A DNA stretch of 63,880 bases, the filler included, from Reticulomyxa filosa (lineage: Eukaryota > Protista > Foraminifera), in NCBI GenBank assembly GCA_000512085.1. It is 13 parts of 13 records of this genome, joined end to end, with 100 filler letters (N's around TTAATTAATTAA, not from the genome) between each part and the next. Parts side by side here need not be neighbours in the genome. Positions count along the whole stretch, not along the records: positions 1 to 3,921 come from ASPP01010761.1; positions 4,022 to 9,271 come from ASPP01007987.1; positions 9,372 to 20,375 come from ASPP01005996.1; 10 more parts are not named here. One strand, written 5' to 3'. Positions 1 through 13,432 of this stretch are shown here, piece after piece. The notes beneath the pieces are model-generated. The model searched no databases, was not told where the DNA came from, and saw only the letters and a list, made by a program, of their open reading frames with translations. How positions within the stretch are numbered: the stretch's first letter is position 1; each line of letters starts with the position of its first letter. Made by a program: the position numbers and the translations under genes.

Positions 1-38
<38 letters not shown>

Positions 39-40
39 CA

Positions 41-1409
41 CCTTGAGCAATTAAATAGGAACAGTTGGACTTGTTGACTTGCAAACATTGCACGATGGGA
101 TTGATAATATCCGAAAGGATATGGGTTTCGCAAGATAAGGAAGGACGACGGAATTTCGGGTTCCAAAGGATCCTCCATTGCGGATAAAGCGTACATTGTT
201 TTTTGCACACGCAGCGGTTACTAACGCGCCAAAACTGGGGATCGGTTTCCCACTGCGCTTGTCGCATGTTTACGTAGTGGCTGTCGCTAGGCTGTCCATT
301 CATGTCGACAAGATAAGTGCGATTTTGAGCCCATAAAAAAGAAGAAGAAGAAAAAGATGATGATGATAATGATGATGATGATGATGATGATGATAACGAA
401 GAAAAAGAAGCCATTTGTTGTGACAAAGACAGTTCAGGATCATTTTCAAGTTTGGGAAAGGCTTTGACAATATGGGAGACGTTTTGAAACGTACTGCGTT
501 TATGCTGTCGAATCTTAAAATCGAGTAGCAAGTGATGCAGCAACGTAACGTTTTCGGGAAACAGCATTTCGAGCTCATGATTCAGCTGCTTCAGCAAATT
601 GGAATAGTACGTATACGTCTTTGTCAAAGGTTGCAGCACGTAGTACCAAGGGGAAGAAAAAGATGACAGCACGGACTTGAGTGATACTTGCGCTTTGGAA
701 TGACTTGAATCGATCGTTGCTGCACTCCCAGCTTTGATCTTCCTCGACTTTGATTGCTGGTGACGGATGCTATACAGATCGTAGATATCCCAATAGTGAC
801 CGACCATCTGTGGGACTATTCGACGCACTTTTGGCTTGCTGTTGAATACGTGCTTGTTGTGATATGAATTGCTACTTAGCAAATACCGTTCCTTCATATG
901 TGGCCAATCTTTTTCGCTTTCTTCTTTCATTCTCTTCTTCATCTTTTTTTCTTCTTCTTGTTTTTGCAAACCACTTCCAACCTTTTCATTCCTCTTTGTA
1001 TCCAAATTCGATAGTGACTCAATCCCTGTCCGCGACCAATACGCTATTCGACTGCTTACGTCATACGACGGAATGTCAAAATAACTTTTCTTTGCTCGCT
1101 TATACGTTTTTCTTTGTCTTTTTTTTTTTTTTTTTTTTTGATCGCTTTCATTTATTTATATTTATGTACAGATATTTTAATGAGCCACCTAAATATGTAC
1201 CTGTACGTATCTGGGCCTCTACTTCTTTCCTGTTGCTTCTGCTTTTCTTGTCTTCCGGTGAGGCGAGCGTTACCAGAGATATTTGCAACTCTCTTGGGTA
1301 CTCCAGATTCCCCAAACCCAATTCCCCTCTTTGCAATCGCAGTAGGATTGCACTCACGCAAATTACACTTACTAGACAAAGTCTTGTTTTTTGTTATTTG
1401 TGTTGCCAT
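41..1409 (-). CDS. Multi-exon hypothetical protein, 3' end lost at window start
   Basis: Exon 1 MATQITKNK...GPDTYR ends at a GT donor. A long open exon (~1110-41) contains a poly-Ser tract and ends at CAAG|gtgagt. No recognisable domain. Confidence 0.55.
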
Positions 1410-2404
1410 TAAAAAAAAAAAAAAAGAGCATTACTGTTGTTTTCTAATTTTTAAATGAAAAATAGTCACTAAACATTACATTCTGAGGTAGTCTTGTGAA
1501 TATTTTGAGCAATGCGACAAATTTATTCAAGTAGTAAGCTAACATTTAGTAAAATCAAATGCTGGTTTTGATTATTCTGCTTCTTCTCGTCAAACCACTC
1601 AAAATGAGATATGACAGGGAAGCAAGTGAATTGTTTTAACGGCACACGGTAAAACAGTTTAAACCTAAGTGGACGAATTTATTTTGTTAAACACAAAAAA
1701 CATTTTTTCGAATTACATTCCAATGGTTGGTCCTTTCTGTTACTTACGCTGTACTTTCGTTTTCTTTTTTTATACCATATTGTTTCTTTTACTTGAAAAT
1801 AGCGCTTCAATTGAACACTATACAAGATGAACCTATCACTTTAATATTCCTGCAAATTCGATTGTAAAATCTTGCCTTTTATTTAAATTAAAAATAAATT
1901 ACATGACTTCTAAATTGATCACAGCTCTTGCACGTTGAGGAATCAGCTTAGTCTGTCAATGTTTTTTTTTTTGCGCTCTGAAAGTGAAAACTTTTTTCAA
2001 TGAACTTATTGAAACCAAATGTAAGTTAATTGAACTTGACTCCAAAAACTTTTTTTGAATTGGAAAGAAATTGTTTATTCGTTTGGTTTTAGACACCCTA
2101 CACAATGATGCCTAAAGGAAAGTACAAAAAAAGTAATCGAGTTGACCGAGTTCGGATGAGGAAAAAAGATTTCCACTTTACGTTGTTTGGTAATTTGAGT
2201 GAAAGAACAAACAAGTAGTGCCATTAAAAGCATTTGATTTTCTCTGCAAACACTCAAAAATAACAAAAGAAGATCACAAACATACGGGCTTGTTCGCACA
2301 CAATTTACACTAAAGAAAAAGGATTGCCGAGATAACAATTAATTTGTTATTATCAATTATAATCATTATAATCATGATGATTATTGTAATTGTCATTGCA
2401 ATGA

Positions 2405-3866
2405 TTAATGACCAGTATTTCTTTGAGTATAGCTATAGTGGTTTGTCTTCTCACGATTTGCCATTTGATTCTTGTACGTCGAGGTATAGTAAGCATTTGG
2501 TGAATTGGTGTCGACCTGGCCTCTTCTGTGATGCCCAGTGAAGAAGTTACTTCTCTGGTCTTTTTCAGCGCTGAACTGGTTTGCATTGCGTGGCTTGGAT
2601 TGACCGTACCTAGCACCGTTATCGCGAGAATCGCTAGCGCTATAGTGTGAATAATCTGATGTACTATGAGTATATGGGTATTGCTGTTTCGGTTTTTTGG
2701 CGTGGCTATAGTAAGCGTCGTATTTGGGTTTGGAAGAACGAGAATAGTCGTAATTGTTATCGTTGTATGTTCCATATGAATCGTACTTGCTGTTGTGATT
2801 GTTATTGTTATTGTGATTATGGTTATGGTTATGATTATGATTATGATTGTAATTGTACTGTTCACGTTCACGCTCACGATCGCGGTTTGTGTTATTTCCG
2901 CGCTTGTCATTTGATCTCACCGGTTTTCGTTTATTTGAGTCTTGGTGGCGTCGTGGGTGGTGCGACGATGCGTCAGTTTCACCTTGATAAGATTTTTGTG
3001 CCTCATGGCCTTTCTTTTGAGTATCCGAGGATCGAACATCTTGTGAAGAAAAGACACGACCCGAGTTTGTCTTACCCTATATAATAACAATAAAACAATT
3101 TTTTATTATTATTATTATTAGTTGTCTGCGCTATTTCTTTCTCCCTTTTGGCAAAGGACAAAAAAAAAAAAAAAAAAAAATGATCACTATACCTTGCCCT
3201 GTTGATGACTTGGATAGCGTTGCTTTCTCAATGGTTGTCGAGTTTGCTCAGCTTGTTGGTATTTTTGTTCTTCATAAGCGTCATCTTGGTGATCATAGTC
3301 ATGATACTCATCCTCGTCTTGATAATAATTGTCATCGTCATAGCCGTTTTCATCGTAGCCATGTTCGTCATAAATTCGGTCCTGATCATCCTCTTCGTTC
3401 CCCTGCTCTTTGTCGTTTTCCTCCACTTCTTCCGCCTCTTCCTCGTCTTCTTCACTGGAAGGCATTCTGTCCAAATCGGCCCAAGACTTTGCTCCGCGCA
3501 TATCGTTCTCGTTTTCCTTCGTGCTTTCTTCGGCTGTTCCCGACTGGTTCTTTGCTTCTTTTTTTTTGTCACTATTGTTGTCGATGCTCTTATTACTGTT
3601 ATTGTTATTATTGTTATTGTTATTGTTATTGACATTGCCATTATCGTTATTGTAATACGCACTATTGTTACTATAATGTGCACGTTCTACTCCTTTTCCC
3701 ACAGCATATGTGTTCGGTTGGAGTGATATCTTTGTGTTAAAGTCCTTACTCAGGGAATCACCATTCTCTTCGCTCGTGAGAAGGTCGTCCGTGCTTGTGC
3801 CAATAGATTTTTTTAACTTTTCACTTCCGTGCGAATTCACGTACGTACTGTCGTTCTCATTTCCTA
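2405..3866 (-). CDS. Low-complexity N/D/E/Y-rich disordered protein (5'-truncated by contig end)
   Basis: ORF 3187-3840 splices (CAAG|gtatag ... atag|GGTAAG) into an open frame that continues into ORF 2405-2920. Contains NH, N and RE repeats. Confidence 0.55.
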
Positions 3867-3921
3867 TCCAAAAGATTTTTTTTATTTAAAAAAAAAAAAA
3901 ACGGGGGGGGGGGGGGGGGGG

Positions 3922-4021
3922 NNNNNNNNNNNNNNNNNNNNNNNNNNNNNNNNNNNNNNNNNNNNTTAATTAATTAANNNNNNNNNNNNNNNNNNNNNNN
4001 NNNNNNNNNNNNNNNNNNNNN
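3922..4021. other. Artificial contig-joining spacer N44-TTAATTAATTAA-N44. Also at 9272-9371, 20376-20475, 23681-23780, 33829-33928, 42614-42713, 51956-52055, 54601-54700, 56883-56982, 58196-58295, 60389-60488 and 61489-61588
   Basis: Identical 100-nt N-padded linker occurring 12 times, with stop codons in all six frames. Confidence 0.98.
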
Positions 4022-4043
4022 AAGTTTAACCAAAGGGAGCTCC

Positions 4044-5544
4044 TCAGTTCCATACAAGTTCAACTATGTGTGATAAGTGCTTGCCCTACAAAAGGTTGGA
4101 CAATAGTCCGTTGTCAACGTTCTTATACAACAAAGATAAAATTTCTTGCACATTAATACGTTTTAATCACACTCAACAGGACAATCCTTTCTGGAACCCC
4201 ACTCATTCCAACTGCCATTGTACAAACTCAATGGTGGGAATTGTTCTGGTGTCTTGTCAGTCCATTGTACCAAATGAATACCAACTATTTGCAAACACAT
4301 AAAAATATTTCAAAAAGATGATAGAAAAAAACCCATAAAAATGCATGACAAACATGAAACAATGGCAGCAGTGACTCCACTTCCACAAGTGGTGACAATG
4401 GGCCGTTTTTTCACATCAATTCCAAGATTTTCAAAAATAGATCTCAGTTCATTCACATGATGATAGCATAGCTTGCTGTCATCCAACAACAGTTCATAAA
4501 ATAAGGATACACTTCCTGGAATGTGTCCACTTCGTAACGCGGGATTTGTTTCTTTGATCTTTCCTGAAAATCGATCAGGTGAACGTGCATCTACAATAAG
4601 TGCATCGTCAGTGCCCGCTACTATTTTCTTGATTCGAGCAATATCACTTTTTATATTTAACGTACATACGTATACATATGTATAATATAATATGCGATAA
4701 TATAACGCATAAGATAATCTACAACCAACACCTCGCCAAAGGATATGACTATAAAAAAACAACTAAACGCAATTGAAGCAGCATTAAAACGGGCAGCAAA
4801 TGAGGGCTGGTTTGTCTGTGGCACTTTGACAGGACCTTCTTCAACGGGTCTTTTTTCTTTGCGCCACAACGGAAAGCCACCATTCAACACACTGACGTTC
4901 TTGACACCCATTGCTTTGAACATGTACCATACACGCGGAGACCTTTTTTAACAGTAAAATAAAAAAAATTTCAAAGACCAAATATGAACAACAAGGATTT
5001 TATCTCATTACATTGCATAATGAACGTATTAAAATTTTTAAAAAAAACCTCAGTCGATTGTTTTACTCTGTCACATTTACTGTTTTTGTCACTCAAACGA
5101 AAAGATTCCCGCGCCATCATATACAATAATGTCGTCGTCGTGTCTAAGTCCGAGTCGTGACATGTGCGCTTCGAATTCCTTCGGAGATGGCATCATTCGA
5201 GGATAAGGATTACTTTTATCTCGAATTTCTTCCAGGTCAAAGTAAACAGCTCCTGGAATACGCATTTGCGAAAATTCTTTCGCTCCATTACGCTTTGCTG
5301 CTGGCAAATACCAAGATCCATCCACCACTTTTACATTTTTCTTCGACAGCTCTTGTTGCAACCAACTCCCGCTCACCAACGGTGGTATTTCCGTCTATGA
5401 TCAAATTTATTTTGCTTTTGGCTGTCCTTCGAAACTGTTTTATTAACACTAAGAAGGCAAAGGAAAGGAATTTACTTTGGCAGTGTAGAAGGTCCTACGA
5501 GGCAAAAATCCCATCATGCTTCTCTTTAAAAGAGGTGCACTCAT
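4044..5544 (-). CDS. MPST: 3-mercaptopyruvate/thiosulfate sulfurtransferase (tandem rhodanese), probably mitochondrial
   Basis: Motifs LVSGSWL, VVDGSWYLP, RIPGAVYFD, IIVYDGAG, VSVLNGGFPLW, IVDARSPDRFSG, GHIPGS, catalytic loop TTCGSGVTAA and LYNGSWNEW. The Arg-rich N-terminus MSAPLLKRSMMGFLPRRTFY resembles a transit peptide. Several short introns; the last exon is inferred. Confidence 0.93.
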
Positions 5545-5843
5545 AATACGCTTCATATTTCTTAATTATTAATTTTTGAAGTGAATTTCGCAAAAAAAAA
5601 AAGGTCAGTTTTTTGGTTTAAACTCAACATTTTGACTTAGTGATTTGTCTATGTCTTCCTTTTTAAAAAATGGCAATTATATTTGCAATGATTCACGTCT
5701 AATAATTTATTAGAATGAGCCATGACATCGACAGCTTTTAATGTTTCCATTATGCTATCATGATATAGCATAGATCGAACAATGTTTTGTGTAACAAAAA
5801 CTATGTACGACACAAAACAAATTGACGGTGAGAGATGAACATG

Positions 5844-6702
5844 TTAAGCAACTGATACTTCATCGTCAAAATCAAATAGAGTAACAGCAGGAGAAATAGG
5901 TATGCCAATTCCTTGACAAACAAGTCGATAATCTGAAAAAGTATTGATAGCAACATATATATTACACTTAGGTTGGTTAGGCAACTTTTCAAGCTTCATT
6001 CGAACAACATCACTCGTTTTTAAAGATTTACGAACAACCCCAGCCCGTTGTTCGCTGCCAAAAATGCTTGCAAAAATTTTTAATTGGTCTTCGTTCATTT
6101 TCACAGTTTGTTCAAATCCATAGAAACCAAACGAATAGCTTGACCCACCCAAAGGGGTCCTCCAATCTAAAAAAGGCTTCAGCACCACACCTGTGAATCA
6201 ATCAGCATTTTTTTTGTCAAATGAAATATAAATAAATAATAAATAAACAAGTTATATACAAACCAATGCCAACGTTGCCTTGACTTTTATGGATATTGAA
6301 AGAAAGGATCTCTTCCTTCGCTGTGGATTGTGGAGTAAATAGCCATTCTTGACAACGTATGGTTCCATATGAATTTCCGACAGCTTTCATCACACGCATA
6401 TCTTTGTGCTCAGGGGGCAACACTAAGTCATAAGCTTTATTAATATAATCGAATCTCCAGTTCCATTCCAATCCCGCAAATTTTGCAATTATACGCTGTA
6501 TGTCTACATATACGTCCACACCACACTTTCTCCCCCAATACTCGGCCACTACGCACTTTATCACATTCCATTCCAATGATTTTTTTTCGATTGCCAATTT
6601 CCATGCCATTTCGGACAGACGCCGTTGATGTCGTTTCTCTTCCCAGTTTTTTTCTTTAAATATATCGTCGTCGGACGTTTCAGTCACTGTATCAGCACTC
6701 AT
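5844..6702 (-). CDS. Two-exon hypothetical protein with a beta-rich (SPRY/B30.2-like?) C-terminus
   Basis: ORFs 6217-6705 and 5844-6188 are joined by a short intron. The FNIHKSQGNVGIG, SYSFGFYG and ISPAVTL segments resemble a SPRY pattern (weak). Confidence 0.5.
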
Positions 6703-8675
6703 CAATACTTTTTCTTCTTGCTATAGCGCCAAGACGAAGGGATTATATTGAATTTTTTTTTTTGACTCCCTCTTTTTTTTAGGTTTGACGTTTGTTAAAA
6801 CAATAAGATTAGACAGAAGTTTTATACTTCACAAACTTACGTTTTCAATTTTGACTGGAACAGCCATTGCCAATCAAAACTAAAAAAAAGGACTAAGTTT
6901 GAGACGAAGGTGGTTGCACGTGTGCTCACTGACGTAAATATTTAAAAAGTCATTTAACCAGTGGAAGCCAGTCTAAAATTTTTTTAACGCCCTTTTCTTT
7001 TTTTCTTCGTACATACTTTTAAGGTGTTGTTATCTTTTCTCTTCAGCAAAAAATTGACGCAACTAACAAATATTGGATACGAAAAAAATTTTAAACAGTT
7101 CTTACAAAATACGAACGATAAGGCTGTCAAATTGAAAAATTTTAATGGATATATTTTATATCATTTACTGTGTTTGCAAGAATTTTTGCGGTACAAATAT
7201 CTTTTTTGATTTGCAGTTTGTTTTTTTCTATTGACAAGTTTGCGTTTTCTTAACTCAAATCCTATAGTATTGCTAGTAAGGCATTTGTTTTGAAATATAT
7301 TTTTTAAAGGGCAATATCAGTTTTAAAAGAACGTAATTAAACTGGTACGTTTTCTTTGATAATTTGGATTTGAAACATGATGCAAAAAGATTATTCAATC
7401 AAGAAAATTACCAAAATGCTAAATGCAAAAAAATTTTTACTTCAAATTACCCCTCAAAATACAATTTCATCACAAAATTTGTACTTTCAATTGCAAAAAA
7501 CCATTCATTTCTTAAAACATTAAATTACATTTGATCGTGCGATTTTTCTTTAATTTTTTGCACCTATATGTATCAACACACAATCTCTTTTGTTCATTTT
7601 TCTTCAATTATTGCATAATTAGCAAAACAAAAAATCAGAAACACAGGTGAAAGTACTCATCTCTTTTCTTCAGTTCGTACAGAACTAACATCACTTTAAA
7701 TACAAAAAAAAGCAAGAAAAACAAACTTAACTCTAAAAAAATTTCCAAAAAAAAATTCGCAACATCTATTCAAAAAAAATAAAAAATCTTAATAAAATAA
7801 TAAAATAAAATGTTTAAACGAAAAATTGTAATGCCTCAGCCCCCTGTACAGCTTTTTTTGCTCGTCATCGAGATCGAAGTTTTAAACTTTCTCTCAAGAG
7901 TAGCAAGGAAAGTTGGTTCATCATAATAAAAAGATAAAGAATAACAAACAAAAACTAACTTCTTTAAATGTTGTTTGGATCTCACAAATAAACAAGTTAA
8001 ATTTTTGAAAAAGTCAGAAACCATTCAATACTAAAAAAAGGGGAAGGTACTACTTTGAGCACGTACTTTATGAAATTTTTTTGAATGAAGAAACAAATGG
8101 AACTATAGCCACGTAGCCTCGGAATTAAGCTTTTCCAAAACTATACACTAAGGCAAATTGAAAAAATATATAGCAAAACAATCTGATTGTATGATGTTCC
8201 AATGAAACGTTAAACAATTCAGTTAATATTTGTTTGCTATTATTACTAACTTATTTTGTTTTAAATATTTTAAAAAAGATCAAATTTAAAAAGAAAATTC
8301 TTTCATAAGATACAGTTTTCGATCCCAAAAACTAAAAATTTGTTTAGTTCAAAGTAAAAATATTGTTATTTAAATATTACAAATTCGATTTTTGTTTTTT
8401 AAAATATCGGTTATGAAACACATACAATATCCATGTTTTTAATGTCACATGAATCATCAGTACAATACATGCAACACAAATTACTACGACAAAGAGCCGT
8501 TACAATTGCTTGTTCAACTCAGTTTTGGCAATCGAATTACAACATAGATTTTTTCCGCGTTTAGTCTTAAATAAGTATTATTAAGATTTTTTCCGGTCAC
8601 TTGTTTATTGGTAACAAAAAAATCCTAAGAACCAGCCTTGTAGGTTTTTCATTGAAATAATCCATCCAAGAGAAA

Positions 8676-9271
8676 ATGTATCATAATGCAGAACCAAGAG
8701 GATATTATGTTCCCAAGATAGCACCACAAAAACAAAGTGATGTCTCAGAACAAGAAATGGATAACGACGACATACTCTTACAGGCACAATTTGAGCACGT
8801 TTTCAAAAAAGAAAACGTGAAAAAAGAAGACATATCCGAAGCCTTCCAGACAGCACTACAAACGAAAGACAAACATTGGTAAGTACTTTGGTTTTTTTTT
8901 AACAAAAAAAGAGGCAGTTGTTTTTTCCGCCTGTTTTTGGGCAATGTTTGACGATCAACAAAAAAAAATGAAAAGGTTTCGAGATACATTAGCCAACATA
9001 TTATCGCATAGCAAAGATTCAGTAGAATTGCTTTTGGATGTCTTCACAATGGATCTGAAGACAAACAATAAACATCAGGTACCCTTGCGAATGATATTGT
9101 TGGAAATGATCAACGGAAACAAGAGAAATATACAATCTGATCCAACAAAACTCAATTTTACCGACACCGATAAAACGCAAGCATTAGAAATTGTTTACTC
9201 TTGGCTTTGCACAGACAAGCTGTAAACACACACACAAAAAAAGAAACGACCTTTTTTTTTTTTTTCCCCCC
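8676..9271 (+). CDS. Hypothetical protein, 5' part (truncated by contig end)
   Basis: ORFs 8676-8882 (ending at TG|gtaag) and 8944-9225, with helical composition. Confidence 0.45.
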
Positions 9272-9371
9272 NNNNNNNNNNNNNNNNNNNNNNNNNNNNN
9301 NNNNNNNNNNNNNNNTTAATTAATTAANNNNNNNNNNNNNNNNNNNNNNNNNNNNNNNNNNNNNNNNNNNN

Positions 9372-9797
9372 AAATTAAATACAAAAAAACATGCATTAAT
9401 GGATGCATGTTTACGAAGTATGTGGAGTTGTTTGTTGTCAAGACCTTCTTTAAAACCTTATCCTTTGGAATTTAATTCCAGTTCAAAATTAAATGATGAA
9501 ATCAAATCAAAGAAAGCGAAAATCAACAAAGAAATATTAGGAAAAGAGAGTGGTTGTAATGATATTGGCTATTTTACTTGGCCTACTTTAATACGATGTG
9601 ATACTCAAGAGTTATTAAATATTCCAATTGCTGTTTGTTGTGCTCGTTTCAATGTCAATCAAACGAATGATCAACATCTTTTAAAAAATGATTCACCATC
9701 AAATAATTCAATTACTTCCAATGCAAAAGCAGCTGACAATGTCAAAGATGAAGAAGATATCCAAGAGGTATATTATTTCCTTTTTTAATTTAAAAAA
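9372..9797 (+). repeat. 426-bp direct terminal repeat, copy 1 (matches 19950-20375)
   Basis: Matches 19950-20375 at an offset of 10,578. The one difference I found by eye is 9749 T vs 20327 C (synonymous GAT/GAC). Confidence 0.95.
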
Positions 9798-10001
9798 GTC
9801 AATAATTTAAACAATCAAATAAATCAGAAATCAAAACTATCTAAGGAAATTCATCATTCATCCAAGGATGAGATTGGTGAAGAAACAAAAACTGATCAAG
9901 TGGATCATTTATCCAAGAATGGAATTGGTGAAGAAACGAAAGTTGGACAAACAGAGAGTTCATCTAAGGATGGGATTGGTGAAGAAACGAAAACTGACTA
10001 A
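9372..10001 (+). CDS. 3' end of the coiled-coil/Mieap-like gene (upstream tandem copy of the gene at 17473)
   Basis: Same exon as 19950-20345, then intron 9768-9827 (gtatat...aatcag) and last exon 9828-10001 KSKLSKEIHHSSKDEIGEETKTD...IGEETKTD*. Confidence 0.75.
9858..9998 (+). repeat. 51-bp coding tandem repeat x3 (17-aa unit xSKxxIGEETKxxQxxx)
   Basis: Units start at 9858, 9909 and 9960, each containing ATTGGTGAAGAAACRAAA. Confidence 0.85.
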
Positions 10002-11022
10002 ATAGGCCAGCGGATTTGGATTAAAGAGGGAATTTTATCGTGGGTGTGTCGTATGCAACCACAAAACAAATTGTCTATTTGTCAGTCACATGAATTTCAT
10101 CAAAGCACGAAGATGTTAGAAAGAGATTACAACATTGTTTTTCACTCGGTCTAGTGTGGTGTTTAATGACTAACCGATTGTAATTAGCTTTAAATTCTTT
10201 TGGAAAAACTCATTCAAAATTTCTAGGTAAAAGAAGTAAAATAAAGCGATTAAATCTTCAACCCACACAATCTTTTTTTGACGAGCGAATATCTTTCTTC
10301 ACACAAACTCAAATAATAGCCATGCAAGATATTAGCTAGATTTCGTACACTGTTCACATCTTTTTAGGTGATTGTAAGTTACTTACTTTAATTCACAAAT
10401 GTTTCAATAATTGTCAAAATCTTTTCTAAGAATATTTTGGTCAATCTTCTTGCATACATTTCTTTGTATCGTTTAAGAATATAACTTTTTGTGATATCAA
10501 TGTTTATAATTATTTGCGATTCTCAATAATGTATTTTTCTAACTTGACTGTAGAACAGCCCTTGGAAGTGTAAAGAAGTTCACCGAACTTTCAAAACTTT
10601 TCTTTACTTTGTTTTGTTTGTCATTTTGTTTTTATTTAATTCATTTTCTTCTGTTGAAAGTGGCTCAAAAGAGCACATTTTGAATTACACTTACTTTCTC
10701 AGTGAAGTTCCGCTTACAACTCAATTCTTTTTATAATTTTCGACAAAGTAACTTAATTTTTAACACACAAGGTTAAATTTTCAACTTTTTTCATACCTAT
10801 AATGGTGTTATTCTATCTTTTTTTTATAGATACTTTTGGATTTTTTTCAATATTGATGAAATTGTTCAGTCAACTGATCTATTTTTTTATGGTTTAGATG
10901 ATGCCATTTTGTCATAAAATCTTCAAGTTGTTAGTCTTTTAGTCTTTCCAAATTTTTCAAAAATGTAACAGTTTGTTCTATTAGCCCAAAGATCAAGAGT
11001 GCACAGTACACAAAGAAGGATA

Positions 11023-13432
11023 TCACAAATGGTCCTTTCTTTCAATATACTCGAACTCACTACCGATTTTGATGGTGTCATCCGTACTTCCACCATCAAA
11101 CTTAACTTGAGCAAATTGAGGATGTCCTGTATCTGGATGTTTGTATGACAATTGAACTCGATCATTTCTCAAAATGATAGTGATTTCAAAATCAACTTGT
11201 TCAGAAAAAGGATGTTCAAAAAACATTTTAAATTTTTTGAGCAGCTGACATTTGGCTCTATCGTCACAATATTGTACATCTTTGTGTTTAGACTTGTATA
11301 GTTCAAATTCTACAAATTTCTGCCGCCGTGGGAGGGTATACACCTCTTTGTGTTCCTGTTTCAATTTATTATTTATTGTTTCAAACCTGTGTGTCTAAAA
11401 AGTTATATACAATAAGTGCATATTAGCAAAACACATGTCACTGAACTTTTCCATCGTCATACTTCTCATCTCGTCGAATAATTGTATAAAAACACCTCTT
11501 GCGTATGTAGCCGGTGGATGACTCCAAAGAGCTAATTTTGTGATCGTCATCAGGATCTCCGGGATACCATATCTGATCGACACCCCATCCCAATGTTGAA
11601 GGTGCTCGAAGAGATGATAAATCTTTTTGATTGACGGCCCAGAGAACAGAGCCAAGTACAACACTTTCGTGAGGATTGGATGGTCGATAAATTTTCAGAG
11701 GAGCTTTTCGTTCACTAATGAGTTTTTCTAATCTTGGGACAATGTAAGGACAATTGGAAAATCCACCTGTCACTATTAATACTTTTGGTTTCACTCGCTC
11801 ATGATCCAAAAGTTTTGAAACAAACTCGCAAATGTCGTGTAACACTTGCTCATGCAGAAATAGCCAGGTTTCATAAGACAACTCCAAAAACGATTCACCC
11901 ACCAATCTTATGTGACTGATAAACCACAAAACAAAACAAACATATTGTACAACTCTTGTCTACTTGCTATTTTTTTTCTCTTCTTCACTTGGATTTGCTA
12001 TTGGTCTTGGAGTACGTTTGTAATGCATCTCCAACTGCAGCAAGAGTTCCGAAAGTCGATTGCAAATAACTTTTAAAGTTTCTACTCAATCTTACATTCC
12101 ATTGCTCACGTGGAGGCAGTGAATGTTTTGCACGCCAAAATTCATTTCTTTGTTCGAGCCATGATTCCGAATTCCTTTTGTTTTGTTGTGATTTTCTTTT
12201 TCTTTTAATTTTTACATTTATTAATTCAATGCCACTCAATTAACAAAAACTTCAAAGTTGTTTGTTGTTGTATTGAAACTTTTCTTGAAATTTACGAATA
12301 ATGCTCTCTCCAAAAATTTTTGAAAGTAAAGCCTCAAATGCTAGGTCTACAGTTATGCCTCCAATGTTCAGACCTTCTCGGTGATGTGTTTCTGCCATCC
12401 TTTCCTCATCCACAAACGTTAAGCATGCAGCATCGACTGTACCTCCACCCATGTCCAATAGCACTATTTGTTCCCTATTTTCATGTATTTTTAATTTTTT
12501 TTTGGAGTCACATATACATGTATACGTATACATATATTTTTTCAAACCCTTTATGGAATTTCAATCTTTTTGCTTCATCGCTATCTTTGCTTTTGCTTTG
12601 GCTAACCACAGCAAATGCTGCCGCAATGGGCTCAAAACATATTTCGATATGCTGCATTTCACACCTTTGACCACACTCTCTCATCGTTTCGGTATTCTTG
12701 TTATCAATTTTCATTTGTGTTATTGTACATGTACGTTTTTTTGATTTGTAAAATCTGAAGGATGAACACTGCCATTCACTCTTTTTTTTTTTTGATTAAC
12801 TTCGTCCTCCCAAATTGCAGGGACAGTCAACACATACAACACATTCCTTGGATTCAGGGGTTTCCATTTATCTCCAAACATGTTTTTTCGATTATCTTCC
12901 ACTTGTTTTATTGCTGTTTCTTTAATGGCGTTCAGTGCCATGACAAATAATGTCATTGCAGGCATTTTATATGTCCCACTACTGTCCAGTATTGTCATTG
13001 ACCGAAAGTTAGCGCCTTTGCTTAGCAATACTGACTTAAAGTTCGCAAAGTATGCATATTTGCTCCTATTTTCTGCCTGTGTTTGCAGATTAAACATAAA
13101 AATGAAAAATAGAGCCACTCTTTTTTCTTTTGTTTTTCGTTATTTGCCTTTAGTATTGTCCAAGTGTTCAACTTCAGCAAAACTTTTGTTTGGAAAAATT
13201 TCTCTTCTGCTTTGTAGCCCCAACAATCCAACTTTTTTGTTTTGCGATCCAAGAGCAAAGCTGACAAATTTTTACTTTTGGCATACTGGGCCATTTGTGG
13301 ATAGCCACCAGTATGCCGAATTAAGTCCACTCTAGGAATAACACCTGGCTTTGAATGTTCGCATGCCACCGCAGCAGAACCAAAGGAGCCAAAATCTATC
13401 CCAATTACTTGATCGAATATCTGGCTTGACAT
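11023..13432 (-). CDS. Atypical Hsp70-family ATPase, HSPA12-like (gene A), about 7 exons
   Basis: IGIDFGSFGS (phosphate-1), FANFK, LTVPAIW, FEPIAAA, LLDMGGGTVD (phosphate-2), IGGITVDLAF, IVTGGFSNCPY (adenosine) and ESVVLGSVL. Non-canonical C-terminus without EEVD. ATG at 13432; introns e.g. 13183-13077 and one starting at 12800. Confidence 0.88.

Noticed and set aside
1-35. Poly-T at the window start and poly-G at 3903-3921 as retroposon tail or telomere
   Set aside because: They lie within introns or at contig breaks, and homopolymer tracts are ubiquitous in this genome's introns.
2344-3726. Overlapping hydrophobic ORFs (poly-I/L/V) on the + strand and in alternative frames
   Set aside because: These are antisense or alternate-frame shadows of trinucleotide-repeat coding sequence.
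3922-4021. Recurrent TTAATTAATTAA palindrome as a biological repeat or CRISPR-like element
   Set aside because: It is always centred in N padding with a fixed 100-nt length, so it is an artificial linker. Adjacency across these spacers was not treated as synteny.
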